From NCBI GenBank assembly GCA_951406725.2, contig OX597831.1, forward strand, positions 9,486,001-9,550,000: DNA of 64,000 bases. The letters run 5' to 3'. The position numbers and the translations under genes were made by a program. Numbering within the stretch: the stretch's first letter is position 1; the number at the start of each line of letters is the position of its first letter. The notes beneath the pieces were generated by a model. The model did not search any database, was not told where the DNA came from, and saw only the letters and a list, made by a program, of their open reading frames with translations. Of the stretch, positions 37,879-49,775 are shown piece after piece. This DNA is from Octopus vulgaris (taxonomy: Eukaryota).

Positions 37879-39651
37879 TTACCAGTAAGAAAGGAAATTC
37901 CGGATTCAATAAAGCAACTTTTGAATCTTAGACGATTGGTAAAGATCTTCGCGGCAGAGCTGGAGGAAGTGGTGGAATTGTAACTGGTCAACGGTGGGAG
38001 AATGTAACAATGAAAACATCTGCACATGACACTGTGTCTATATTGTGCTCAAAGGATTATATCGAGTGGACAGCGTTTGAAATGCTTCAAAAAGGAAAGT
38101 GGGACATGGGGAGGGGGGTAAATGTTCAATGTATTGATTACAAAATTTGAGACATTTAAATTGGTGATTTTACTCTGGCAGCGGAAATGTTCGTGAATTC
38201 TTCATGTCAATCAATCTGATGACCCTCGAGGTAAGTGGCGGTCCACGACATTTGAGGTTTCACTTGCAACACCGACCCAAATGAAACTACTCAGGAAATC
38301 TATCACGTGATATGGCTATTCTGAGAGTTTCTGATGCTGTTTATTATAGTATAAAATAATTTTCTTATTGGTTTGTGGCTTATATTGGATAAAAACATTC
38401 GTCAGTTTTCCAGCTTTCTCTCGTTGGTCTGTGTTCGAATTTATTTGTTTATTTGAAGCTAACTTTCTTTCCAGTTTCATGTAGTGTTAGCCTACGGGGA
38501 CGTGCACAAACGAACGCCGGTTGTATAGGGATGGGGGAAGCATTGGCACAAAAACTCACACATGCTCACACATCCACAGAATCACACACCCATTAAATAA
38601 ATATATATATATGTGTGTGTGTGTGTCTGCGTGTATACTAGCAAACGGAACCGTTATTTGGACAGTGTAATTTATTATAATGCCACACTCTTATGAACGG
38701 TTTAATTTGAATTAGTCCGCAGTTAGAAATCGTTTCAAATTGATAAAGTAAAATGTATAATTATCAATTTCATTAGCAGTTTATTAAATGCTATAAAGCA
38801 ACCTAGGTAATGAATAAAGTTTTTTGAAGACAAATTTGTCGGTTAGTAATAAATGAAAGTCCATGAAATAAGAACGCAATTTCAGTAGGCATTAGGGATC
38901 CTGTGTATTATCTGAAGCGTTTTGTATGTCTCAAGTATGATAAAAAGCCCACCGACTGACAGTCAACCACAGTTGAAACACTCCTGTCACAACCTGGGAC
39001 CTTGAAGACTGTTATAATGCAAGAAAGTATACTAATCCCTTAATGTTTTATATTTTATATTCAATATTTCATCTGTTCAATAAGGTAATTAATACTTCAT
39101 TTCATTTTACTATATATATATATTATTTATACTATATATTTTATATTCTACATGAATATTATAAAGAATATAAATAAAACATGAAAAACAGAGTTGGAAT
39201 TTCTTTGAATAATATATATATATTATATTTAGATATATCTGGGGTACTCATATGTACTCATGATTTCTGCTTCGGCTTTTTTCCATAGGCGCTTGTAAGT
39301 ATTTCATTTATGTCTTTGCGTATTTTCTACTGAAGAGGAAAAAATCTATTATGAGATTAATTCCGAAATTGATTCAATATAAAAATGACGACCTTTTTAA
39401 AAAAAATTCTGTTGACCAGCTTTCCTCGATTTCAGCTCTACGTGTTTTCTGTAGCGAGTAAATAATATGTGGAAACTGACGATTTAAAAGTCTTTTATCA
39501 GCATATTGGCATAGAAATAATTTTCTTTAGCCCTTGTTTATAAGTCGTTTATAATTTTAACCATAAAGATATTTTAATATGCTGCCACATTTTCTGATGA
39601 AATTCTTTTCTGTAAAAAAGCTTCATCCTATATTAGTAGTAGTATATATAC

Positions 39652-39731
<80 letters not shown>

Positions 39732-39739
39732 TATATATA

Positions 39740-39962
39740 GGCGCTGGAGTGGGGTGTGTTAATACGCTTCCTTACCAAACACATGGTCCCGGATTTAGTG
39801 TCACTAGATGGCACTTTGGGCAACTGTCTTCTACTATAGCCTCGGGCCGGCCAAAGCCTTGTGAGTAGACGTGGTAGACGGAAACTGAAGGAAGCCCGTC
39901 AGCAAAAGAGACTTCGACTAATGGTGGTGCTACTGCATGGCCGCATCATATGCCTGAAATAA
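39740..39962 (+). mobile_element. Family B SINE with large internal deletions
   Basis: Head to GAAGCCCGTC joined directly to GCAAAAGAGAC and TCGACTAA.GG.GGTGCT..GCATGGCCGC. Confidence 0.75.
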
Positions 39963-39987
39963 ATAAATATATACACATATGCATACA

Positions 39988-40067
<80 letters not shown>

Positions 40068-40197
40068 AAATTAGAAAAACCACCTTTTATCATTTCAAAA
40101 TGAACAATTAAATTACGCCATCTAGAAAATTAATATAATAGAATATTAAAATTAAAATGATAATATTCCGATGATTAAAGGTGTTTTTTTCTAATTT
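40068..40197. repeat. Short foldback (~26-bp arms) between (TA)n tracts
   Basis: AAATTAGAAAAACCACCTTTTATCAT ... ATGATTAAAGGTGTTTTTTTCTAATTT. Confidence 0.7.
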
Positions 40198-40231
40198 ATA
40201 TATATATATCTTTCTTTCTTTCTTTTTCTTT

Positions 40232-40602
40232 TTTTCTTGTTTCAGTCATTTGACTGCGGCCATGCTGGAGCACCGCCTTTAGTCGAGCAAATCGACCCCG
40301 GAACATATTCTTTGTAAGCCCAGTACTTATTCTATCGGTCTCTTTTGCCGAACCGCTAAGTGACGGGGACGTAAACACACCAGCATCGGTTGTCAGGCAA
40401 TGCTAGGGGGACAAACACAGACACACAAACACACACACACATACATATATATACATATATACGACAGGCTTCTTTCAGTTTCCGTCTACCAAATCCACTC
40501 ACAAGGCATTGGTCGGCCCGGGGCTATAGCAGAAGACACTTGCCCAAGATGCCACGCAGTGGGACTGAACCCGGAACCATGTGGTTGGTTAGCAAGCTAC
40601 TT
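40232..40602 (-). mobile_element. Family B SINE, 3' portion (split by the ORF1 element; 5' end at 42850-42888)
   Basis: Runs to ...TGGTTAGCAAGCTACTT and resumes at 42850 as TGGTTAGCAAGCTACTT-ACCACACAGCCACTCCTGCGCC. Confidence 0.92.
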
Positions 40603-41156
40603 TATTTCAAAACATTTGCCATAAAGGCAGTACACAGATTAAGTTAGCTTTGCGGGCTGGACGAGGACATTAATGAGGTGAATGATAATGAAAGAAAGAT
40701 GATAAGGATGGGAGAAGACAGAAAGCGCCCGCCGACTTTTGCTTCTCTAAAACATTGTTCTTTTTAAAAAGATTAACACAAAACGAGGTATTAAACCTCT
40801 TACAATTTTTCCAATTTTGTGCTTAGCAGTCCATTATTAATACAAAACGAGGTATTAATCCTCTTACAATTTTTCAATTTTTGGACTTAAGTCCATTACT
40901 AATAATACATATCGTCCTCGAAATAGCTTGTGCCCGCGCCCTCCACCATCAACCACGCCTCCCTCAGAACGTAGTCAAGTTCCGAGTTCGCGTCGCCCGG
41001 GACCAAGTTATAATCTTCATTGAGCTCTTTAGCCCTAGCGTCACGTCGAACGCCACGGCCTCCACAGCTACCTGCGGAGGCCATTCGGGGTCCTGTGTGA
41101 AGGCTAAAGGTGCTCCCTTGTAGTGCTCTTCCATCACTTTTTCAATATCTCCTCCT

Positions 41157-42143
41157 CTATAGAAGAGGACCAATACATTCAGTTCTTTCGTTGGCGGCAC
41201 AGTTTCCGCCAACGGTATTCCTTCTCTTGTCGGTGGCACAACCCCAACCGACGTAGTTCCGCGACATTCCGGTGCCACACTGACAGCCGGCAACGTCCCG
41301 TTTTTCTTCCTCTTTTTCTTTTTTTTTTCCCTTTTCAACTGAGGGAGGGTGCGTCTCCTCCGTGGCTGGAAGATTCGCCCTCCTCTCCTCATCCCTATTA
41401 TCCTTTGGTGAGCACCCATTGTTGCTCACCTTCCTCTTTCGGCCTCTGCTTGAGGAGTCCTCTGCTTTCTCGGCCGTTATCGTTCCCTCTTCTAGAGGGG
41501 TTTTACTTAACTGTTCCGGGATCCTATTTTGTTCCCGAGGACAGTTCTTCTTTATGTGGCCGGACTCCAAGCACCGATGACACTTAGGGGGGCGACCCTC
41601 AAGCATCACCGGGTACCTGCACCCGGCCATTTTCAAAAAATCTGGAAAAACCAGATTGGCTGATTGGGTCCACAGGGTCAAAATTGCTTTCGAGCCAACC
41701 CAAGCAGCCGCAGGAAGAACTTTTACATTGAGGAGCTTAGTTTCGCTGTCACCCAGACCCCGGCGGATAGTCTCCTCTATCCACTCGGGTTCTATGTCGG
41801 GTGGCAGTCCGCAGATCCAAGCTTTCATCAATTTCTTTTTTTTGTACGTGGGCAGGAATAAGATTTCCTTACCCTCCAAGGGTTCGCTAGCAAATTTGCA
41901 AGCCTCTTCAGGTGTGTCAAACAGCAACCACACCGTTGCATATTTGACACCCCTGGAAATGAATTTAATTGTTGGCAAATACTCCTCCAACTCCTCCTCA
42001 ATTGCCGTCTTTTCGAATAGGGCGATGGTGTCAAGTGCCTTGGAGTAGGTTCTCAACACCACCGTCCTATCTTCACGGTCCTTCAACCACTTTTTGGGTG
42101 GTATGATTTCCCACTCCAAAACTTTGTTATTTTTCATTGCCAT
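41157..42143 (-). CDS. LINE ORF1/gag-like nucleic-acid-binding protein with CCHC zinc knuckle (328 aa; C-terminus possibly frameshifted)
   Basis: Only long high-complexity ORF in the window. ICGLPPDI...GCRYPVMLEGRPPKCHRCLESGHIKKNCP (Cx2Cx4Hx4C) is the layout of L1/Tx1 ORF1 proteins; charged low-complexity tail. Confidence 0.85.
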   Translation of the reverse strand: MAMKNNKVLEWEIIPPKKWLKDREDRTVVLRTYSKALDTIALFEKTAIEEELEEYLPTIKFISRGVKYATVWLLFDTPEEACKFASEPLEGKEILFLPTYKKKKLMKAWICGLPPDIEPEWIEETIRRGLGDSETKLLNVKVLPAAAWVGSKAILTLWTQSANLVFPDFLKMAGCRYPVMLEGRPPKCHRCLESGHIKKNCPREQNRIPEQLSKTPLEEGTITAEKAEDSSSRGRKRKVSNNGCSPKDNRDEERRANLPATEETHPPSVEKGKKKEKEEEKRDVAGCQCGTGMSRNYVGWGCATDKRRNTVGGNCAANERTECIGPLL

Positions 42144-42801
42144 GTTTTTTTTTAAATATATTCAAATTAAACTCAAAAGCAGGAAGAAAAAAGTTCAAAA
42201 GTCTAAATAAATTTGATAGATTTTTGAAAAAACAAAAAGGAGAAAGCACAACAGAAGGGAAGAAATTAACGGAAAGTCGCAATAAAGAAAAAACAAAAGG
42301 GGGGGGGGGTTAAATGAAGTTCAAAAGAAAGTTAATAAACAGAAAAAACACAGCAAAAATATTCTGGCCTTGCGGTACTCCCGGCCTGGGTTGAACCTGG
42401 AACGCCGCAACTGCAACACAACCTACACAAAAATGGGTCCGAAAGGTAATCCAATAGTGGCTTATTTTTATACTTTTCTTGCGAAGTACTCTGACAAGGG
42501 AATAAATTCAACAAATCCAAACACAGCACTGGCTACCGCCAACGGTGATTTTAACAGTAACTGTATTGAATTCTGAGGATACGCCCCTCCACTGTTTTTT
42601 CTTTTTTTTTTTTTTTTTTTCAATGAACACAAAAACGGCAGCCGCCTAGCGCAGGCGAAATTGTCTCAGAGTTGGACACAACCTACTGAAATAATAATTG
42701 GCACGCAATAAATTATGCCCAACTCACAATAAACAAAATCACTTACCTCGACAACTTTCCGTTTTTGGTCTTTTTTCTTTAGTTGGAAGGATCTTGTTAC
42801 T

Positions 42802-42840
42802 CACGTCCACTCTAGCTCAACAGGAAGCAACCGACTAACT
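42802..42840 (-). promoter_or_regulatory. Putative internal Pol II promoter (Inr + DPE-like)
   Basis: Minus strand CAGTTAGTC (Inr-like, A at 42836) followed by GGACGTG at about +29, right at the element 5' end. Confidence 0.45.
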
Positions 42841-42849
42841 GCGCATGTG

Positions 42850-42888
42850 TGGTTAGCAAGCTACTTACCACACAGCCACTCCTGCGCC
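42850..42888 (-). mobile_element. 5' end of the split family B SINE (includes the second TSD copy)
   Basis: Reverse complement GGCGCAGGAGTGGCTGTGTGGTAAGTAGCTTGCTAACCA. Confidence 0.9.
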
Positions 42889-42976
42889 TATATATATATA
42901 TTATATATTGTGAAATTTGATTTAGTATTTCTAAATTGAATTTTTCCCTGTAAGTTAGGACTAATATTCCCTCAAA

Positions 42977-43045
<69 letters not shown>

Positions 43046-43318
43046 ACACTTGTATATGTTTATGTCTGGCTAATACTATTTGCAGCAGAATAAAGTCGTG
43101 CATACGAGTGATGATTGATATGACTAGAAACAATGCATAAGTATCGTGATTGATGAAATGTGTAATTGAAGTGATTAGGAGAAGATTGGCCTGGATGAGG
43201 ACTTGCTGACTGGTCATAAAGTTGAACGCGTAGAGAATATAAGCATTGGGCATCAGGAAGCATACATATATACACTATTATTATACACAGATGCAGACGT
43301 ACATGTATTCGTATAACA

Positions 43319-43355
<37 letters not shown>

Positions 43356-43356
43356 G

Positions 43357-43398
<42 letters not shown>

Positions 43399-43708
43399 GG
43401 AGGTGGCGAACACGTACATCGCGTCCCGCATCTGCTATCGCCTAACCGTTGTGCCTTGTTCTGACCTTTCCATCACCAAACTGGAATGCATTCTCTTCCG
43501 CTTCCCGTGGAAAGGAAGCGCTACGATGGTCAGGCGATCCGTTTGCTGCCAACACCTGTTAAAAGGAGGGATGGGCATGCCGTGGTCGATGATGCACAGA
43601 CACGCGCTGAGACTGCGACATCTCCGGCTCTACGTAGACGACGGTGAACAACTGTGGTCGCCGTTTGTGAAGCGCGCTCTTCCGCACCTCGTCTCCATGA
43701 CCGAACTG
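43399..43708 (+). mobile_element. L1/Tx1-clade ORF2 internal fragment directly after (TATC)n
   Basis: ITKLECILFRFPWKGSATMVRRSVCCQHLLKGGMGMP matches the post-RT F.F.W.G...V....C......GGLG.P motif of L1/Tx1 ORF2. Confidence 0.75.
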
Positions 43709-43779
43709 TGTATGTCTATATGTGTGTGAGTGAATTGGAAGCTTGAATTAAACTAAAGTATTAGTATGATAAGAAGGTA

Positions 43780-44095
43780 GGAGCTGGTGTGGATATGTGG
43801 TAAGAAGATTTCCTCGGCTGACCAAAACCTTGTGATTGGATTTGGTAGACGGAAACTGAAAGAAGCTCGTCGTATATATACATATGTATATGTATGTATA
43901 TGTCTATCTATGTTTGTCCCCCGCCATCCCTTGACACCTGATATTGGGGTGTTTACGTATGCGTAACCTATCGGTTCGGCAAAGAGACCGATAGAATAAG
44001 TACTGGACTTACAAAGAATAAGTCATGGGGTCTATTTGCTCGACTAAAGGCTGTGCTCCAGTATGGCCACAATCAAATGACTGACACAAGTAAAA
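43780..44095 (+). mobile_element. Family B SINE, diverged
   Basis: GGTAGACGGAAACTGAAAGAAGC...AAAGAGACCGATAGAATAAGTACT...TCGACTAAAGGC. Confidence 0.85.
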
Positions 44096-44103
44096 CACTT
44101 TTT

Positions 44104-44143
<40 letters not shown>

Positions 44144-45094
44144 ACGGTACTAAACTAGTCCTCATCGAGAAGACAGACCTGATCATCATGCGTTTATGGA
44201 TGTTGATTACTCGATCTGCTGGAAATAACAACCACCTGTCCCTCATCTCACAACTTGTTATTACAAAATGTAAATCTTGTATGATATCATGTACACATCA
44301 TCTTAATTAAAGAGCGGGTGTAGTCTTATCTGGAACGTTTTTGTGAACAGTAGCTCGCCATTAAGACCTAGCAGCCTCTTTATGGTAGATTACACTGAGT
44401 GAAAAATAGAATGGGATGGCCACGTTTGGAACATATTTCAACTCTATCTCTTCTCCATCAAGACTGAATAATACAGCTAGAAAAATGACGATATCACCAG
44501 ATCACCATCGTCATCATGATCATCATCATTATCACCATCATCATCATCATTGTGTAACTCCACCTCCTCTACCACCTCCAGTACCACCTGTTCCTTATCG
44601 TCCTTATCATCATCCACTTCCACCTCCACCACGTCCTCCTCCTCGTTCGCATCATCATCATCATCATCATCATCTTCACTAATATCATAGCTGAACACTT
44701 ACATCATATTGATGATCAATATACTTCACAGTTCTGCCAAGATATTTTCAAAAACGGCAAAAAAAAAAATTAACAACAACACACAAAAAATAAAATAAAA
44801 TAAAATTGAAATGAATTAGGAAAAAAAAAATTGAAAGTAAAGCAACGAAAACCGTATAAAATAAATACGATAAATATGAAACTTCTCTCTCTTTTATAGT
44901 ATTTTTATCTTAGTAAACTGCTATAATCGCATTAGCTAACACAAAATTTTTAAAAAATGGATATACATATTTGAGGAGTACAGCTGGAAGATTGCCATCT
45001 CACTTGGTACATATGGAATAATAATGCATGCGTACATGTGTGCATGGAGATTTATATCTTCTATGTATAATTATGTAATGATGGTTATATACAC

Positions 45095-45142
<48 letters not shown>

Positions 45143-45189
45143 TATACAATGTATATAAACCTTATTATATAATTATACATGAAGATATA

Positions 45190-45231
<42 letters not shown>

Positions 45232-45295
45232 CATATATATACATATATATATATGTGTATGTGTGAATGTAGGTAGGTATATAGAGAAAAACAGT

Positions 45296-45392
<97 letters not shown>

Positions 45393-45455
45393 ATATATCT
45401 TGAGTTCGCGTGCTTTAAAATTTTATATCCTTGTGTGTGTTTTTGTCTGTGTGTG

Positions 45456-45538
<83 letters not shown>

Positions 45539-45749
45539 ATAGATGGCTGTAGTTGTATATATCTCCTGGCCTACCTGTGTGTGTAAAGATAAGTAAACGG
45601 ATATATTTTACACTTGTCTATTCGTTTTGTTATATTTTACTTTCACTTTTTAACAAATTTCTTTTGCGGTTCCTTGCCTTTTCTTCTTCTCCGTCTTCTG
45701 AACAATCCTACTTACCATCACCACCGACACGAAAAAAACATACAGCTAT

Positions 45750-45824
45750 AACCACCAGTAGCAGCACCACCACCACAACCACCATCACCACAGCAGCAGC
45801 AGCACCACCACCACCACCACCACC

Positions 45825-45874
<50 letters not shown>

Positions 45875-46095
45875 AACTACAACAACAACAACAACTACTA
45901 CTACTACTACTGCTATACTACTACTACTACAACTACAACAACAACAACAACTACTACTACTACTACTAATACTGCTGCTGCTGCTACTACTACTACTACT
46001 GCTACTACAACTACTACTACTACAACTACAACTACATCAACTACTACTACTACTACTACTACTACCACTACTACTACTGCTGCTGCTGCTGCAAT
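45750..46095. repeat. (CAC/CTA/CAA/CTG)n compound trinucleotide array
   Basis: Direct inspection. Confidence 0.95.
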
Positions 46096-46898
46096 TTTTA
46101 CAATCACCAACATCACCACTACGAATATGATGCAGGAAAGCACCAACGATGTCCCTAACATCAACCTCCGCAATCACTATGAAACAGGAGAACCTCTTCG
46201 ATATCACTTCATCTCAACGAAACTGTAACTAATTCTCCCTCAAACCTGGTAGAAATAGAAAAAATGCCTTAGATAGAGTAGTTCTGGTAATATTAAGACA
46301 TAGGGATGGTCACAACAGGACGTCTTGTCCTGGCATTGGGTTAAATAACAACAACAACAATATGCCTTGAGGGAGTGAGACACCCTCGGTGCGATTGTCC
46401 GAGCAATCTGAAGAATCAGTGGAATGGCTTTCCAATCAGAATCTACAGATATTTATATAATTCATTTATTGCGTAATATGTATTGCGGTTATAACAAATC
46501 TGAATAGGAGGGATGGTCCAAATTGGAATCACTTTGTTTGTGTACGATCCCGGTTGGTGTGCCGTGGGTAAAAGCTATAATAAAGAAAATATGTCATACC
46601 AATAAGATTCATGAGAGCTAATATTAATCGCAAGGACGATGATGATGATAAAGATAATAATAATGATGCTGGTGATGATGGTGTCGATGATGGTGAGAAG
46701 AAGGAGTAGGAAGACGAAGACATCTTCGCCATCAACATAAGCGTCTCAAATGACAACGTCACAACCTTGAAGATGAAGTTTATAGCCTGTTGCCAACGCT
46801 TCCCACACCACATCGCCAACATGTCATCGAACCACCATTCCCACTTCGTCACACCAACACCCTCACTATTACAACCACCACCTCCAGCAGCAACAGCA

Positions 46899-47249
46899 GT
46901 GGAGGCGCAATGGCCAAATGGTTAGGGTAGCGGACTCGCGGTTTCGATTCCCAGACCGAGCGTTGTGTGTGTTTATTGAGCGAAAACACCTAAAGCTCCA
47001 CGATGTTCTGGCAGGGGGTGGTAGCGACCCCTGTTGTACTCTTTCGCCCCAACTTTCTCTCACTCTTCCTTCCTGTTTCTTGTCCCCGAATTCCTAGGCA
47101 ACTGCTGAGCCTGGATGCACATTCATCCATCTGTCGATGCTCTCGGTGTCGGGTGTTGACCTGCTTTCTCCACTGCGGGTCTTACGAATAGCAAAGGACC
47201 ATGTTTCAGACTTCTCTCACTACAGTGGGACGAAGACCGTTTCGCTCAA
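46899..47249 (+). mobile_element. Family C SINE, full length
   Basis: Matches the reverse complement of 1-210; flanked by CAGCAGCAACAGCA / CAGCAGCAATAGCA (TSD-like). Confidence 0.85.
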
Positions 47250-48095
47250 CAGCAGCAATAGCAGCAACAGCAACAGAACGACTACAATAGCAATAGCTAC
47301 AACAACCTGGCACTCAACGAGGAAGTCTGTTACGAGGTCGACAATCTCGTCCAAGGAAATCGCAAGGAAATGTGGCGGAGAAATTCTTGCATTTATTACA
47401 ATTAATTAACTTGCAAACAGGAAGGGCACGTAGATATTGTTCAGTCCTAATTGCACAAAATATACATGATGGTCACGGCTGGAATGCCTTCCGACATAAA
47501 GATGATTGATTAGAATTGATCCCTGAACAAAAGTATGACACCAGCAACGTTCCAACGAACGTCTCTGCCAACACATGGGCTACAAGTTTCATCATCATTA
47601 TCATCACCATCATCTCCATCATCACCGTCACCACCACCACCACCATCACCACTGCCACAACTACCACCACCCCCATAATCATCGCTGTTGGCGTTATCGT
47701 GGGCATCATAGTTAGCAACACTATTTCCTTCAGACACAACCGCCAGCACCGCAACACCACCATGTCAAAGAACGACATTTCTTCCTCGACCCCTACAGAC
47801 ATCACCACCACCACCACCACCACCACCACCACCGCCAGTGAAAGAAAAGAACTCTACCAACAACAACACTGTCACTATAAATAACAAACATAGCAACCAA
47901 TTTTCACCAGCGTAAACATCGACATCGATATCATGTCATCATCATCATCATCGCTATTGCCATCATTATCATCGTCAACGTGATCGGCTTCTTCCTCTTC
48001 GTTGTCGTCTTCCTCCTACTCCTCACCCTCATCACCACCGTCATCATCATCATCATCATCACCATCACAATTGCCATCATCACCATCACCATCAC

Positions 48096-48137
<42 letters not shown>

Positions 48138-48264
48138 TATCAACACCTTACTACACCAATCAATAAACAGTTAACCATAACCAGGGATAACCTTTTCAAT
48201 CAAACTTGGTTGGCTTCTACCCAGATATATGCAAATACATCAATCATATATATTCACACTCCGG

Positions 48265-48349
48265 GTATTATTATCATTATTATTATTATTATGACTATTA
48301 TTTTTATTATTACTGTTATTATTATTATTATTTATTATTAATCTTATTA

Positions 48350-48380
<31 letters not shown>

Positions 48381-48503
48381 GACTATTATTATTATTATTA
48401 ATCTTATTATTATTATTATTATTAATTATTATTATTAATCTTATTATTATTATTATTATTAATCTTATTATCATTATTATTATTATTATTAATCTTATTA
48501 TTA

Positions 48504-48537
<34 letters not shown>

Positions 48538-48569
48538 CATTACTATTATAATTATTATTATTATTATTA

Positions 48570-48616
<47 letters not shown>

Positions 48617-48673
48617 CATTAATTATTATTATCATTATTATTATTATTATTATTATTATTAATCTTATTATCC

Positions 48674-48704
<31 letters not shown>

Positions 48705-48784
48705 GACTATTATTATTATTATTATTAATCTTATTATTATTATTATTATTATTATTATGACTATTATTATTATTATTATTAATC

Positions 48785-48819
<35 letters not shown>

Positions 48820-48984
48820 CTTATTATTATTATTATTATTATTAATCTTATTATCATTATTATTATTATTATTATTAATCTTATTATTATTGTTATTATT
48901 ATTATTATTATTATTATAATTATTATTATTATCTTAATTATTATTATTATTATTATTATTATTATCATTATTATTATTATCTTA

Positions 48985-49016
<32 letters not shown>

Positions 49017-49040
49017 CATTATTATTATTATTATTATCAT
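48265..49040. repeat. ~780-bp (TTA)n array with recurrent AATCTT and ATGACT interruptions
   Basis: Direct inspection. Confidence 0.95.
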
Positions 49041-49479
49041 TTTTTTTTTTGGCCGAAATAATGACAGTAGTTGTTTCATAGACGTCACCCTCGTCACCGT
49101 CCTCGTCGACTTCGTCCTCATCCTCGTCGTTGTTGTTGTTCTTGTTGTTCTTGCTGCTTTTTTATTGATCTTCCTCGTAGGCGTTGTTGCCGTTATTGTG
49201 ACGTTTCTCTTTTCAACTTCGGTCAGCCTTGTTTCTACAGACGAACGATCAAAGATACGCCGGCCCTTGTTCCCACACATATTTCTCTTGTCCTGCTCAG
49301 GGCCACAGTGTTATTTTGATTCACTAAGAGAAAATTCCACACATTGTCTGGAGATGGTTTCTACTATTTTTAGCAAGCGTGTCGACCACTAAGAAGCTCT
49401 ACCGTCGTTTAGTGTCCCTTTTTTTTCCTTAAAATAGTAGCGCTCTCTTTGATAGAGAGCCTCCTACTCTAACCACTGT

Positions 49480-49775
49480 GCATGGCTCAGTGGTTAGAGC
49501 GTCGAGCTTACGATCATGAGTTTGTGAGCTCGAATTGCGGACCGGGCTGCGTGTTGAGTTCACTCAGCTGCAGAAATGAGTTGCAGCGTCATCGGTTCCA
49601 AGCTGTATCGGTCCCTTTGCCTTTCCCTTGGATAACACTGGTAGCGTGGAGAGGGGAGGTCGGTATGCATGGGCGACTGCTGGTCTTCCATAAACAACCT
49701 TGCCCGGATTTGTTTCTGGGAGGGCAACTTCCTAGGTGCAATCCCATGGTCAGTTATGACCGAAGAGGGTCTCCG
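49480..49775 (+). mobile_element. Family F SINE
   Basis: GCATGGCTCAGTGGTTAGAGC A box; GTTCACTCAGCTG.AGAAATGAGTT; shares its 3' half with 25010-25275. Confidence 0.8.

Larger units (their letters stand above)
40603..42849 (-). mobile_element. Non-autonomous ORF1-only non-LTR retroelement (HAL1-like, L1/Tx1 affinity), 2247 bp, 17-bp TSD
   Basis: TSD TGGTTAGCAAGCTACTT at 40586-40602 and 42850-42866; ~700-nt 5'UTR; one gag-like ORF; 3' end AATAAA; no room for APE/RT. Confidence 0.8.

Noticed and set aside
41123-42048. Plus-strand ORFs overlapping ORF1
   Set aside because: Antisense shadows of the GC-richer ORF1 coding strand.
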